A stretch of DNA of 64,000 nucleotides from Eledone cirrhosa (lineage: Eukaryota), in contig CAXHJY010001584.1 in NCBI GenBank assembly GCA_964016885.1, positions 7,910-71,909 of the forward strand, in the 5' to 3' direction. Under the pieces are notes generated by a model that was not told where the DNA came from, ran no database searches, and was given only the letters and a program-made list of their open reading frames with translations. Of the stretch, positions 32,813 to 46,748 are shown piece by piece. The position numbers and the translations under genes are program-made. Numbering within the stretch: the stretch's first letter is position 1; each line of letters starts with the position of its first letter.

Positions 32813-33470
32813 ATTATTTAATGTTTGTGACCTGTTCACTGTCATACATTCTTTTTCCTTCTTCCTATCTTCTCTTCCTTCCTTCGAGTCGAGTCAACTC
32901 ACATCTAGCCGCTGATCTCTGTCCTTCAAGGTAATATTTTACCCAACGCCGCTTCAGCGGCGTTTTGCTGTTCTAACAGCTTCCATATGCCAAGTTTTCC
33001 CATTTCCCTGAGAATATATATATACATATATATATTCATATCTCTGTCACATCTCTCTGCCGTGTGTTGCTGGACAGTTGTCTTAGATTTTCTTAGAGTT
33101 GTCTGGAATCTATCGTCTTACACGCGCTGATGACCCATAGGCGATTCCATTTCAGTCAACAATTTCCTGGCGAAACAGATCTATTTGGATTTGTACGCAT
33201 GTGTTATATAGTTATAAAGGTGCGTATATGCATTTTAATTTATATTTTTAATTATTGTGTGTCTACCCTACCTTCCATAGGTTATAGATTCCATACACTG
33301 GTGGTTTTCCCTGTTTTATTGATGGCACACGATCTCTCCCTCTAGTGCGTTACCCTTTCAACATATTGTATTTTAAAGAGCTCGGGATTCTTTTTCCTTT
33401 GAGTATATAATTTACAGGGAATAACGAGAATCTATGGCTCCGTTAATATATATATATATATATATAATAC

Positions 33471-33513
<43 letters not shown>

Positions 33514-33538
33514 TTTATATATATACACATATATATAT

Positions 33539-35304
33539 GACTCAGCGCAAGCAACTGACCTGGTCGGGATATACCTCCTACATAAGCTTAAGGAAGAAAT
33601 ACCGGCCCTACAAGGAGGTGTATATAAGGACGACGCCCTGTTTACCGTTAGGAACCATAGCCCCCGTAGGATAGAGAACCTTAACAAACATATACACAGG
33701 TTCTTTAAGTCATACGGCCTATCCGTAACTATGGACCTCAACCACAGGGTTGTCAACTTCCTGGACGTCACCATGGAATTGAGTACGGGCTTATACAAGC
33801 CATACCATAAGCCTGGAGAGTGCCTCTCTTATATTAATTATGCCTCCAACCACCCTAAGCAGACTCTCAACTCCAAAGTCTATAGTATCTCACATAGAAT
33901 CTCGAGACTATCCGCCAATGAGGATATCTTCAACCAAGCGGCTGATTACTACAATAGGGCCCTGATAAGCGCCGGCTTTAACCGAGGAATTTCCTACATC
34001 CCTAACGCTGGCTCTAGAAACCACCCTCCTCATAAAACTAACGTTATAGTAAGCCATACCTATAACCGATCACGCGGCGACCTCGTTGAAGTCGGATATA
34101 ATAGAATAGATAACCGCACCAAAGATCACGTCCACGGCGACGGTGAACACTGTAGATTACTCAAACTATTCCCCTATTACAAAACCAACAAAGGCGACGG
34201 CCTACTACCAACGCCTTCCAACCAACATCTTCGTGTACATAAACATGGAAGAGGTAGAAAGAGTGCACCCGAGCATAAAGTGAAAGGGGCACCGAACGGG
34301 TGACTGCGCATTAACACACATAAGAGCGGTCACTTAGATGGAACCACCCGTAGCAAAAGTACAAGGACACGTAATCGCCACCGTAACGTCCTATGGTTCC
34401 CCCCCCCTACTCTCGGAGTGTGGCCTCCAACATACCCCGGATGTTCTTCGAAGCCTTAGAGAAGAACTTCCCGTCCAACCATAGGTATAGAAAAATTCTT
34501 AATAGGAACAATATAAAAATATCCTTCTCTACTACTCCTAACCTAGCAGACATCATAGGAACAACGAACCACAGTAAGATCACCAAGACACAGCACCTCG
34601 ACACAGACGCACCTACACCTGACAATAACTATATCGGCCTTAACAACTCCCTGGCAGCATCCAATAGTGTTGGCAACGGCATCCGCAGACGCAACCAGAA
34701 TGACCGCGAAATGACTGGGGAACATGCAGAACATGACGTGCGGAATAACAATCGCACCATCCCGCGTGCTGTGGGTTGTAATTGTGCTAACGACAGCTGC
34801 GGTAGCGTAGGTAACAATGTAGGCAGCAACAATGATAGCCTTACCGTGGGAAATAGACGGAACCGCGATAGAAATTGCAACTGCCGCGACAGAGGACGCT
34901 GCCCCCTTAGAGGATACTGCTTGACTGATAGGGTTAAATATAGATGCACTATTACTAGCCACAATAGCGTTAAACATTATATAGGAGCCACCTCCGGCCT
35001 GTTCAAAATTAGGTTTCGAACACATCTCCACTCTTTCACAAATAGAAAACTAAGGCACTCCACTTCGCTCGCGGACTACATCACATCACTAAAGGACTTA
35101 AACATCAGCTTCTCCGCGCACTGGGAGATTGTCGGCAGGGCTGCACCGTACAACTTCAAGAGGAAATGCGATCTTTGCCTCATGGAGCTCTACCACATCA
35201 TAACTGCGCCCCACGAGCTCATCAACAGCAGAGCTGAAACAGCGATAAGTTGTACACATCGCTTAAAAATATCCTTCTTCAAGTGGGTTAAGGATGAAGA
35301 GTGA
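33539..35304 (+). pseudogene. PLE RT + GIY-YIG polyprotein (one in-frame TGA, one frameshift)
   Basis: DSAQATDLVG, GVYKDD, VNFLDVT, YKPYHKP, SNHP, RISRLS; TGA at 34301; RNVLWF|PPYS broken in the C9 run 34399-34407; CNCRDRGRCPLRGYC, KY.C...YIGAT..FKIRF, CDLC, INSRAE..SCTHR. Confidence 0.9.
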
Positions 35305-35596
35305 AATAGTACACTGGATCTCCCTGCAATAAGTCTTAACACCCCGGCGGGCAGGCGCTGCAAAATAAGACCCAGAAAACAATCCTTGCATACCAGACCC
35401 AGCCTCAGACAAACGGATGCGGCAAAAAAAAAAAAAAAAAAAATTGTCCGGGAAAGACTGCCCTAACACCGGCCAGAGTTACCTCCCTTGACCTGCTGCA
35501 AAATCAAAACAAGATATTTTTGCGAGCAATGAACCTGGATGTGGATTTAACCCCAAAAACTCTTTCCGAGCAATATAAGGAACACTTGTGATTATT

Positions 35597-35641
35597 TATG
35601 CCCTTGAGAAGTCCAACTGGGCGAAACGTACGTAGGTGATA
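35597..35641 (+). ncRNA. Minimal hammerhead (U3-A8) in PLE 3' UTR
   Basis: cc-TTGAGAA-gtcc aact gggc-GAAAC-gtac-GTA-gg. Palindromic stem III, short stem I. Confidence 0.65.
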
Positions 35642-35851
35642 TTTTAAATAAACATGTTTTAACGGTCTATTCTCCGATTTTTTACTTTCCCACGTGCTTA
35701 CGCTCTGCTAACTCTCTAGCCCACTAAATATTAACACTTCGAATATTTAATACTGCCGGCACTAGTATCGAGCACCTTTGGCATACGATACTTGGCAAAT
35801 AACTATATGTATCACCTATCCCCCCTTTTTTTCTCTTTCTCGATACGTAAA

Positions 35852-35930
<79 letters not shown>

Positions 35931-35931
35931 C

Positions 35932-36000
<69 letters not shown>

Positions 36001-36001
36001 C

Positions 36002-36034
<33 letters not shown>

Positions 36035-36399
36035 CATACATATATATATATTCATCCTTGTTATCAGAGGAAGCAGACAATGAAAGAATAAGAAAAACAA
36101 AATGAAGCAGTAATTGAACCATTGTTTTACAATCGTTTCAAGGAGCAACAACTACTGTGCAAGCTATCATCAGCCTTGATAATGCACATCTTTTCAGGAC
36201 TTAACCAGAAACAAATGGATTTGATTTTAGTTATCAGATGAGTAAAGAAGTCACCTGTAAAAGAAAAGAAAAGAAAAAAAAAAGAAAGTAAGGCAGGTAA
36301 TAAAAAAAATAGACGATACTTGAAAATATATAGACAAACCCCCATCCCACTACCCAACTGCCCCATCCCACTACCCCCAACTCCCCCACCCCATCAACA

Positions 36400-36684
36400 C
36401 CACACCTTTCACTGTAAAGTTATGTTGGTACCACAACACCCAGTCCTAAATAAATGAGGTCGTGTAGGTGTCACCACAAAAAAACACACAGTCCACGCTG
36501 TAACACGGTAAAAACCTCCCAGTCCACACTGTAAACGTGGTTGGTGTTAGGAAGGGCATCCAGCCGTAGAAAACCTGCCAGACAGTCCTATGCGAGACGA
36601 CCAATCTTGCCTCAAGTGGGACAATTCCTGTCTAAACCCATGCTAGCGTGGAAGATAGACGTTAAACGATGATGATGATGATGA
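36400..36684 (+). mobile_element. Bipartite RTE-derived SINE (family D) with (GAT)n tail
   Basis: ccagtccacactgtaaa..ggttggtgttaggaagggcatccagccgtagaaa ... ccatgctagcgtggaagatagacgttaaac(gat)n. Confidence 0.8.
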
Positions 36685-36919
36685 AATAAAAAAGAAAGAA
36701 ATGAATCAGTGAAATAAATATTTGAGAGTGGAAATATGGTTAAGTGTATAATGGATTAATTATTACCTTATTTTATTTATTTCACCTCAGAAAACCAAGA
36801 TGGAGTAGAGAGGGCCAAAATAGTGATGAGAAGGTTACAGAATATGTCATGAAAGAACTTTGCCAATTTAATAACAATCTAGGTACTAAACCAATTAATG
36901 AATCGATTAGTTGTCTGAC

Positions 36920-37287
36920 TAATAATTGTTTTTACTTTAGGCACAAGGCCAGCAATTTGAAGGGGAGGGGAAAGTTGATTAAATTGGCCCCAGTGCATTA
37001 TTGGTGCTTTATTTTATCGACCCTGTAAAGATGAAATGCAAAGCTAACCTCGGCTGTAACTGACTAATAATGATTTCTAGTATAGGCACAAGGCCAGTAA
37101 TTTGGGGGGAAGGGAAAGTCGATTAAATTGGCCCCAGTGTATTACTGGTGCTTTATTTTATCAACCCCGTAAGAATGAAAAGCAAAGTTAACCTCAGCGG
37201 GATTTGAACTCAGATCATAAAGGGACGTAACTCTATGCTGTAAAGCATGGCGTCCAGCCCTCTACCGATACTGCCAATCCACTGCCC
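36920..37287 (-). mobile_element. Two tandem SINE family A copies
   Basis: Reverse-complement matches to the family A core and head. Confidence 0.8.
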
Positions 37288-37428
37288 TGGTACCTGACTA
37301 ATAATAAAACCAAAGTGAAACTCAACTGGTGTGTATGTTTTCTTGACATTATGACCCTACCACAGTATAACAATATGTTTCAATACAATTTTACATCAAG
37401 AATCTTGCAAAACAAATACAAAAAGTAA

Positions 37429-37460
<32 letters not shown>

Positions 37461-37464
<4 letters not shown>

Positions 37465-37845
37465 TCATCATCATCATTTTACGTCCGCTTTTCCTTGATT
37501 GCAAGGGTGGGATGAGTCTTATTAAGCATGGCATCCATTCATCACAGTCCCTTGCCATCTCCTCCGTGAGCTTCAGCGATCTGAGGTCTGCTCTCACCAC
37601 CTCCGCCCATGTTTTTCATGGTCTTCCTCTACTGCATCTTCCCTCTACTGGGATTTCTTGGCACTTCTTTACCCAGCGGTCATCCTCCATGCGCATCGCA
37701 TATCCATACCAACGCATTCTTCTCTCCCGTACACTACACCCTATCCTCTTATACACAGTTTCTCTCTCAACTCGTCTATGCTTGGTTGTTCACGCACATT
37801 GACATTTCACATCCAACGGAGCATGCTCGCTTCATTTCTCTCTTT
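37461..37845 (-). pseudogene. RTE LINE 3' end with (GAT)n tail
   Basis: Minus strand: ...MRMEDDRWVKKCQEI...RGRP*KTWAEVVRADLRSLKLTEEMARDCDEW, then aagcggacgtaaaat(gat)n. Confidence 0.85.
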
Positions 37846-38149
37846 ATATATATATGAAAGTTTAAGGTAAACTTAAGATAGATATACATACTTTGAGTTG
37901 GGGGCCTTAAGTGTGCAAAAAGTTTTTTTTTCACAGCCAAACACTCAAAATCAAAAAGGTAGTTATATCTACCTGCAGTTTACCATACATCTTGAGGGAT
38001 GCGCTGTGTTCTAGCATATATAGATATAGATATAGATATAGATATAGATATAGATATATATATAATGTCTATTTTCTATGCTTGCATGGATTAGATGGAC
38101 CATCACCTTATGTGGCAATACAGATCAAGTGACCATGTTTCGCTCATAC

Positions 38150-38590
38150 ATTCCATTTTTGGCTTGGTTTTCCATGGTTCGATTCTCTTCCTAATGTCAA
38201 ACACTTAACTGGGTGGAGTGGATGCTTTTTGCGACAGCACCAGTACTACCACCTTACAGGTTGTACTGGGTGTTTTTTCGTGGCACCAGCATACAAGGTC
38301 GACTGGGTACATTTTCTCATGGCACCATCACTACCTTTGTACAGGGTCAACTGGGTGCTTTTTATTGTGGCTGCAGTGCTACCACTCTACAAGGTCAACT
38401 GGATGCTTTTCTGTAGAACCAACACTGCCAACTTACAGGGTCGACTTGGTACTTTTTCATGATACCAGCATTTCCACCTTACAAAATCGAACAGGTTCTT
38501 TTTTTTTTTGTGGCCCCAGCACTACCACCATACAGGGTCAACTGGGTGCTTTTTTGTAGCACTAGTACTACCACCTTATAGGATTGGATT
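38150..38590 (-). repeat. Family D SINE relic with expanded ~40-45-bp internal tandem repeat
   Basis: About 8 degenerate units of gcaccagtactaccaccttacagggtcaactgggtgctttttt. Confidence 0.65.
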
Positions 38591-39437
38591 TGTGTTGAAG
38601 TGTCAATACTAATTGATGCAGATAGTTAATTTGCTCAAAAAGAAATCTTTATTTCTCTGACAGGAGATACTCCTTATTAACTCTAGCCTCTAGTCTATCA
38701 ATATCTTCAGATCTATTTATTCCAAACCAGCAGAGATAAGGAGGGTTTGTTGAAGTAATTTCTTTCACAAATGAGATGCTCTCTTTCTACTCATAACTAC
38801 TCCACTATGAAGTAGGTATGGAATCTCCACTTTATTCTGTCAAGTCAACTGAAACATGCAGATTTATGTCTTTCTCAGATATGAACTTATAACCATGTGG
38901 TCAGTAGTCCTTAATGTCATAATCATAATTTATTTGTATTAGCATAAGTTAGTTAATTAAATTGACCCCCATGGTATCATGTCCAATAATAACTTGTATT
39001 AAATGAAGAAGAAAAAGAAAAGAAAAAGAATCAAGCAATGAAAGAAAGGAAGAGGGGGCAGTCACTACATCCCAGACTGAGCAGTGCCTCAGCCGCGCCT
39101 AGTGGATAAAACGGCAAAAGCATTACAACTGAGATGGACAGAGACACCCACTGCAACAGCCACCCCACCACACGGAGCTCCCTCCTCAAGCAGGATACTG
39201 CTTGTCAACAGTACAAGAACTAAGGACACCAGAGGTCTCAACAGAGACTGGTACAAAGAGGAAGCAGTCAGTCAGGCCCCAGTATCTGACTATCTTCCTC
39301 TCCTTTGCATTGCATCAGCAGAGTCTGGGTTTGTGGCTGAAAGGCACAAAATTATGCTTTACAAAACAGTTTGGCACTGCCTCTCCGCTACCCTAATTAT
39401 TATAATAAATGTAATTAATCTCTTCAGTGGTGTAGAC

Positions 39438-39545
39438 GAGATAACTCATCCTAACAGGTATGCAGTCCAGTGCCACAGATGAGATAACTCGTCCTAACAT
39501 GTATGCAGTCCAGTGCCACAGATGAGATAACACGTCCTAACATGT
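39438..39545. repeat. 43-bp tandem repeat, ~2.5 copies
   Basis: gagataactc(a/g)tcctaaca(g/t)gtatgcagtccagtgccacagat. Confidence 0.85.
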
Positions 39546-40412
39546 TTGAACTCCTTTCCAACAGTTCATAACTTCAAAGTTAGGTAGTGTTACTAGTTTA
39601 TTGATGTGATGTTTGTCAATCAAAATAGTCATTTTACTGAAAAAAAACTTGGCACAGCAACTGTAGCTGTGTAAAATATACACGGCAGTCAACAGGTTAA
39701 TATTTCAGGGAAACAATTTTCTTTCTCTAAGCCTCAGATGTGACATGATTATTAAGAAAGGCATAGATCACATCTCATTCACTAACATTTATGCATGTGG
39801 GGAAAAAGAATACCAAAACATCTCACATATATTTGTAATAAGGATTAATTTCTCATAATCATCCTTGCTACCAATGCACCATTTGAGAAAGACAATATCA
39901 CATGCCACACACAAAAAACAATACCAATTTTGACTGAGGGCACTATTGTTAATTAATGTGACCCTTATATTGACCCCTGTCCAAGCTAAAGTGGTCACAG
40001 AAGAATTTACAAATACAATCTAGAGGGACTAGATAAATGGCTTTTAGTCTCAGCACAGCATATATAATTCTGCTGTGGATTCAGGTCCATATTACTACCC
40101 ATCTACTGATCCACAAATGTACATGCACACACACACACATGTACAGGCATGCACACGCACACACATGCACACGCACACACACATGCACACCCAACCCCAA
40201 CAGTGCCTTATTATACCTATACCATAACACTACATGATACAACAAATCTATTTAGCATTTAAATTTTATTTATTTATCCAGCTATATATCCATACCTATC
40301 TCTCCACCCATCTATCGCTCTATCTCTCTATCTATCTCTCTATCACTCTATCTATCTCTCTATCTCTCTATCTATCTACCCACCTACCTATCTATCTACC
40401 TACCTATATATC

Positions 40413-41168
40413 AGCCTGTAGGTTGAGGAAAAAGAGGAAGAGAGGAAAGGGGTACTTACTCTTCGTACTCCTGGAGATAAGGGCTGCACATTTTTTTTCG
40501 GGGGTATGTGTTACCCATATGTAGTGTCTCCCCCTATTGGGGAAAATCGATTAATTTTTAAATTGCATTTGTAATAGTATTTTACACGTTTTTATTGTAT
40601 GTAAACTTCCCCCCTTTGTACTCATATTTGTCCCCTTCTTTTGTGCCCCTGTGGCTAATAAATAAACATATCTATCTATCTGTCTGTATGTCTAACTGGT
40701 TGTCTCTCTGCCTGTTTATCCATCCATCTATCTATCTATCTATATGGTGGACGAGGCTGAAAGGGCTGAGGTCAGATGCCTTTCTCTCCGGCGAACAACT
40801 GGTTCGCTTCTTCAAATATCACTTTAGAAGAAGAATCAGAGTGGAGAGAGAGGTGCTGCACCCCAGCAAATTTTCTGAAAGGTGGGTGAATGTGGCAAGA
40901 ATGGCCCGAGTGGTTGGGCCTTTTCTCTCTATAAACCTGTAGGTTGAGGAAGAAGAAGAGAGGAAGGGAGCGCTCACACTTCGTGCTCCTGGAGATGAGG
41001 GTTGTACATTTTTCGGGGTGTTTACAACCCCTGTGTAACGCCTCCCCCTATTGGGGATTTCGATTGTTTCATTTATTATCATTATAAATTCTTTTTTACA
41101 CGCATGTATGTAAACTCCCCACTTTGTATTTGTCCCCATCTTTTGCGCCATTGTGGTGAATAAAGAAA
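40413..41168 (+). mobile_element. Two 3' ends of an L1/Tx1-like LINE in (CTAT)n (40413-40669 and 40745-41168)
   Basis: Shared cctgtaggttgaggaa...tatttgtcccc...aataaa. The longer copy encodes LSGEQLVRFFKYHFRRRIRVEREVLHPSKFSERWVNVARM. Confidence 0.6.
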
Positions 41169-41719
41169 TTTATCTATCTATCTATCTATTTGTCTGACTC
41201 TCTGTCTGGCTGGCTGTCTGCCTGCTTGTTTATCCATCCATCCATTTTTCTATCTCTCTCTATATATATATCTACCTATCTATCTATTTGTTATCTTCCT
41301 ACACCACCAGATGTAGACACTAGTACAAGCCAGCCCATACCTAATATGGATGTAGTTTTGATGGATGAAAAAAAAAAAAAAAAAAATGAAATGGTGACCT
41401 GTCAGTTTGTCTGTCTGCCTGACTGTCTGTCTACTATCTGCTTGTGTGTCTGTCTGTCTGTTTTTTCTGTCTGAAGTAAAGAAAGTTAGTTGAAGCCTAC
41501 ATAGAAAATAACTAAAGTAGAAGAGATGAGGGAGGGGAGTTGAAGGAGAATGGGAGAGAGAAAATAGACAGAGAGGAAGATAGGTTGGAAAGTGGGGGAA
41601 GTAGAAAAAGTGAGGTGAAAATAGAAAGAAGTATAAAGTTATATATGTATGTATGCGTGTACATATAATTATATGTGTGAGTGTGTGTGTATGTATATGT
41701 GCGTATGTGTGTGTGTATA

Positions 41720-41766
<47 letters not shown>

Positions 41767-41827
41767 GTATATACATATGTATATACATATATATATACAC
41801 ACACACACACACATACACACATATAAT

Positions 41828-41864
<37 letters not shown>

Positions 41865-41929
41865 TGGGAAAAGCGGACGTAAAATAATGATGATGATGAT
41901 GATGATATATATATATTATATATATAGGA

Positions 41930-42110
41930 AGACGATCGACTTTCGTCAAATCGGACCGAGGGAACAATGTTTCCGTTGGTCTTTCCAATTGCTAATACTA
42001 TCTATCGGTCGCAACTCCAGGTAGAAGGAGCAACGTGAAATAAAGTGTCTTGCCCAAGGACATAACGCATTGCCTGGTCCAGGAATCGAACTCACAACCT
42101 TACGATTGCG

Positions 42111-42116
<6 letters not shown>
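41930..42116 (-). mobile_element. SINE family B variant
   Basis: ggtcgcaactccaggtagaaggagcaacgtgaaataaagtgtcttgc, also present at ~60893. Confidence 0.75.
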
Positions 42117-42168
<52 letters not shown>

Positions 42169-42455
42169 CCTCCCGTGTTTTGTTTGTTTCATTTAACTAT
42201 ATATATATATAGAGGAATATGTACATTATATATATATACATACAATGTACATATATATATATATATGTATATGTGTGTGTGTGAATGGGTATAGATAGGT
42301 ACAAGCATGTATGTGTATTTATGTGTGGAGCGAGCTAGATGTGGTTCAGTGAAATGAGAACAGGACAGGGGGGGGGGGTAAGGGCGGCATCTGTAGAAAT
42401 AGTCAATTTGATTATAGGAGAGGCACTGGTGTTGGTCAATGTAGTGTTGTCACCA

Positions 42456-43082
<627 letters not shown>

Positions 43083-43091
43083 ATATATATA

Positions 43092-43740
43092 CTAGCAGTA
43101 AAGCCCGGCGTTGCTCGGGGTCACTCAGTAGCTGTGTTAAAGTTACAATGTTAAGTTTCTTTTTTGGCTTAAAGTCTGTCTGCACGACTGTCTGTCTGCA
43201 CGCCTAACGAAATTTACAGATACATATATTTTAAATAAACTTATATAATTTTTGCTTTTTTTTACGAAATATTTGCTTGTTTTACGTAGTCTTTAAATAG
43301 ACTTGTTTTCAAGTAAAAATATTGTTTTAAAAGGCTTTTAAATGGAAATGAAGCAAAACGGAAGCTTAGTGTTCGAACTGATGAATTTTGCAGGTCAAAA
43401 TTTTGCTGGCTCGACAACTGTTCGTGTATTGTGTTAATGTCATTTTAAACGCTGAGAAAGCCAGCGTAATTTTTTTAATTTTTGCACGCAGAAAATGTAA
43501 AGACGCTCAATGTAAACAGAACAAAGGGAAATAACTCGTCACTTACGCTCAAAAATCGATACATTAGATTCGATTTCGTCACATAGGGTGGGTCAATTTG
43601 AAATTTTTTTTTCCGATGTCTTCGCTAGGGCTCAATGTACAAGTATAGCAATTTCGGTGCAATTCCGTCAGAGATTCTAAGAGGAGATGTGTGCCAAAAA
43701 TCGATAGACAGACAGACAACCACAGCTTTATATATATAGA
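43092..43740 (-). mobile_element. Non-autonomous Helitron
   Basis: Minus strand: A|TCtatatatataaagctgtggttgtctgtctg ... cccgagcaacgccgggctttactgCTAG|T. Confidence 0.8.
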
Positions 43741-43834
43741 TTTAACTGGGGAAAATTTGTCAGCATTTTCTTTTCCTTTTTACTAATATATCACAACTTG
43801 TGTGTCACACCTCTAAATTTTTTAAATATATATA

Positions 43835-45247
<1,413 letters not shown>

Positions 45248-45292
45248 GTTTAACGTCCATCTTCCACGCTTGCATATATATATATATATATA

Positions 45293-46683
45293 TAACGAAA
45301 GAAATGTGGTAAGGAACCAGATGGACCATAACGCACCAAAGTGCTCAATACTTAGGGTAGTAGAGTGGGTAATAGGAACGAGTAGGGCCCCGACGGCTGA
45401 GCTCAAGCTGTTTCGACGGCTAATTCTGGACTAAATAAAATTTTTATCCTGGTACATGAATAGCCGAGCTTCTCAGGGGGTAATTCCATATATGGTAAAG
45501 CGATTGTCACAAGGATTGGTCAAAAGTTTGTTGTTGAGGCACATAATTCTATCAAGGCATTTTGTGGAAGGAAGGGGTAGCTGAACTTGCCAGTAGAAGA
45601 AAGAGGGAGAGGGAGTGGAGGAAACCCAGTCGTGCGTTGATAGTGCCAACTACAGCAGGATCCTAAGGATAAGAGGTCGAGAAAGTATACTAGGGAGTGG
45701 GAGGGGGAGGAAGGCGAAACAATAAGTAAATCAATATGGAGTAAATATATAGAAGAATAATAAGGATGTTAAAAATATAAAAAAACAATTTCTGGTTACT
45801 ATTCCCTTACCACAATCATCAAGTCTCTCACTGGTACTGCTAAACTATAGAAAAGTTTAATAGGTGGGACGGAATACTAAATACGAGATTGTAGTGAAAG
45901 AATTTTATGAGTTAGTAGTAATCATCCAAATCTATTTTACAGTGACAGGTCAACAAGTAGGGGGCCAAAATACTAAAGAAACTACTACGAAATAATAATT
46001 CAGAGTCCCGAAACTGGATTCTGAATTATTATTTCGTATTAGTTTCGGGACTCTGAATTATTATTTCGTAGTAGTTTCTTTAGTATTTTGGCCCCCTACT
46101 TGTTGACCTGTCACTGTAAGATAGATACGGATGATTACTACTAACTCATAAAATTCTTTCACTACAATCTCGTATTTAGTATTCCGTCCCACCTATTAAA
46201 CTTTTCTATAGTTTAGCAGTACCAGTGAGAGACTTGATGATTGTGGTAAGGGAATAGTAACCAGAAATTGTTTTTTTATATTTTTAACATCCTTATTATT
46301 CTTCTATATATTTACTCCATATTGATTTACTTATTGTTTCGACTTACTCCCCCTCCCCCTCCCTAGTATACTTTCTCGACCTCTTATCCTTAGGATCCTG
46401 CTGTAGTTGGCACTATCAACGCACGACTGGGTTTCCTCCACTCCCTCTCCCTCTTTCTTCTACTGGCAAGTTCAGCTACCCCTTCCTTCCACAAAATGCC
46501 ATGATAGAATTATGTGTCTCAACAACAAACTTTTGACCAATCCTTGTGACAATCACTTTACCATATATGGAATTACCCCCTGAGAAGCTCGGCTATTCAT
46601 GTACCAGGATAAAAATTGTCATTTAGTCCATAATTAGCCGTCGAAACGGCTTGAGCTCAGCCGTCGGGGTGGTCCTACTCGTT

Positions 46684-46687
<4 letters not shown>
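45293..46687. mobile_element. 1.4-kb fold-back insertion, HHR family F1
   Basis: ~645-bp arms (45372-46015 and 46041-46687) with scattered mismatches. ~78-bp tail at 45293-45371, (TA)n flanks. Confidence 0.9.
46575..46670 (+). ncRNA. Hammerhead-like ribozyme with long stems II and III; mirror copy at 45388-45481 (-)
   Basis: acccc-CTGAGAA-[cggcta...tagccg]-GAAAC-ggct tgagctc agcc-GTC-ggggt. The core has a C3/A8 mismatch. Confidence 0.6.

Positions 46688-46745
<58 letters not shown>

Positions 46746-46748
<3 letters not shown>

Larger units (their letters stand above)
33539..35853 (+). mobile_element. 5'-truncated Penelope-like retroelement (Naiad-like) in (TA)n
   Basis: RT C-terminal half plus GIY-YIG, a 3' UTR with an HHR, and (TA)n on both sides. 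Confidence 0.9.

Noticed and set aside
33125-33190. CTGATGA...GAAACagatct hammerhead candidate
   Set aside because: Stem I and the cleavage triplet do not pair convincingly; at best a decayed motif.
38590-40030. Possible host exons in lower-repeat sequence (ORFs 39084-39482, 39789-39998)
   Set aside because: No recognisable domain or consistent splice structure.
46016-46078. 32-bp duplication at the centre of the F1 palindrome as a template-switch scar
   Set aside because: The two copies differ at 2 positions and the left arm overlaps the first copy, so it is probably intrinsic to the element.
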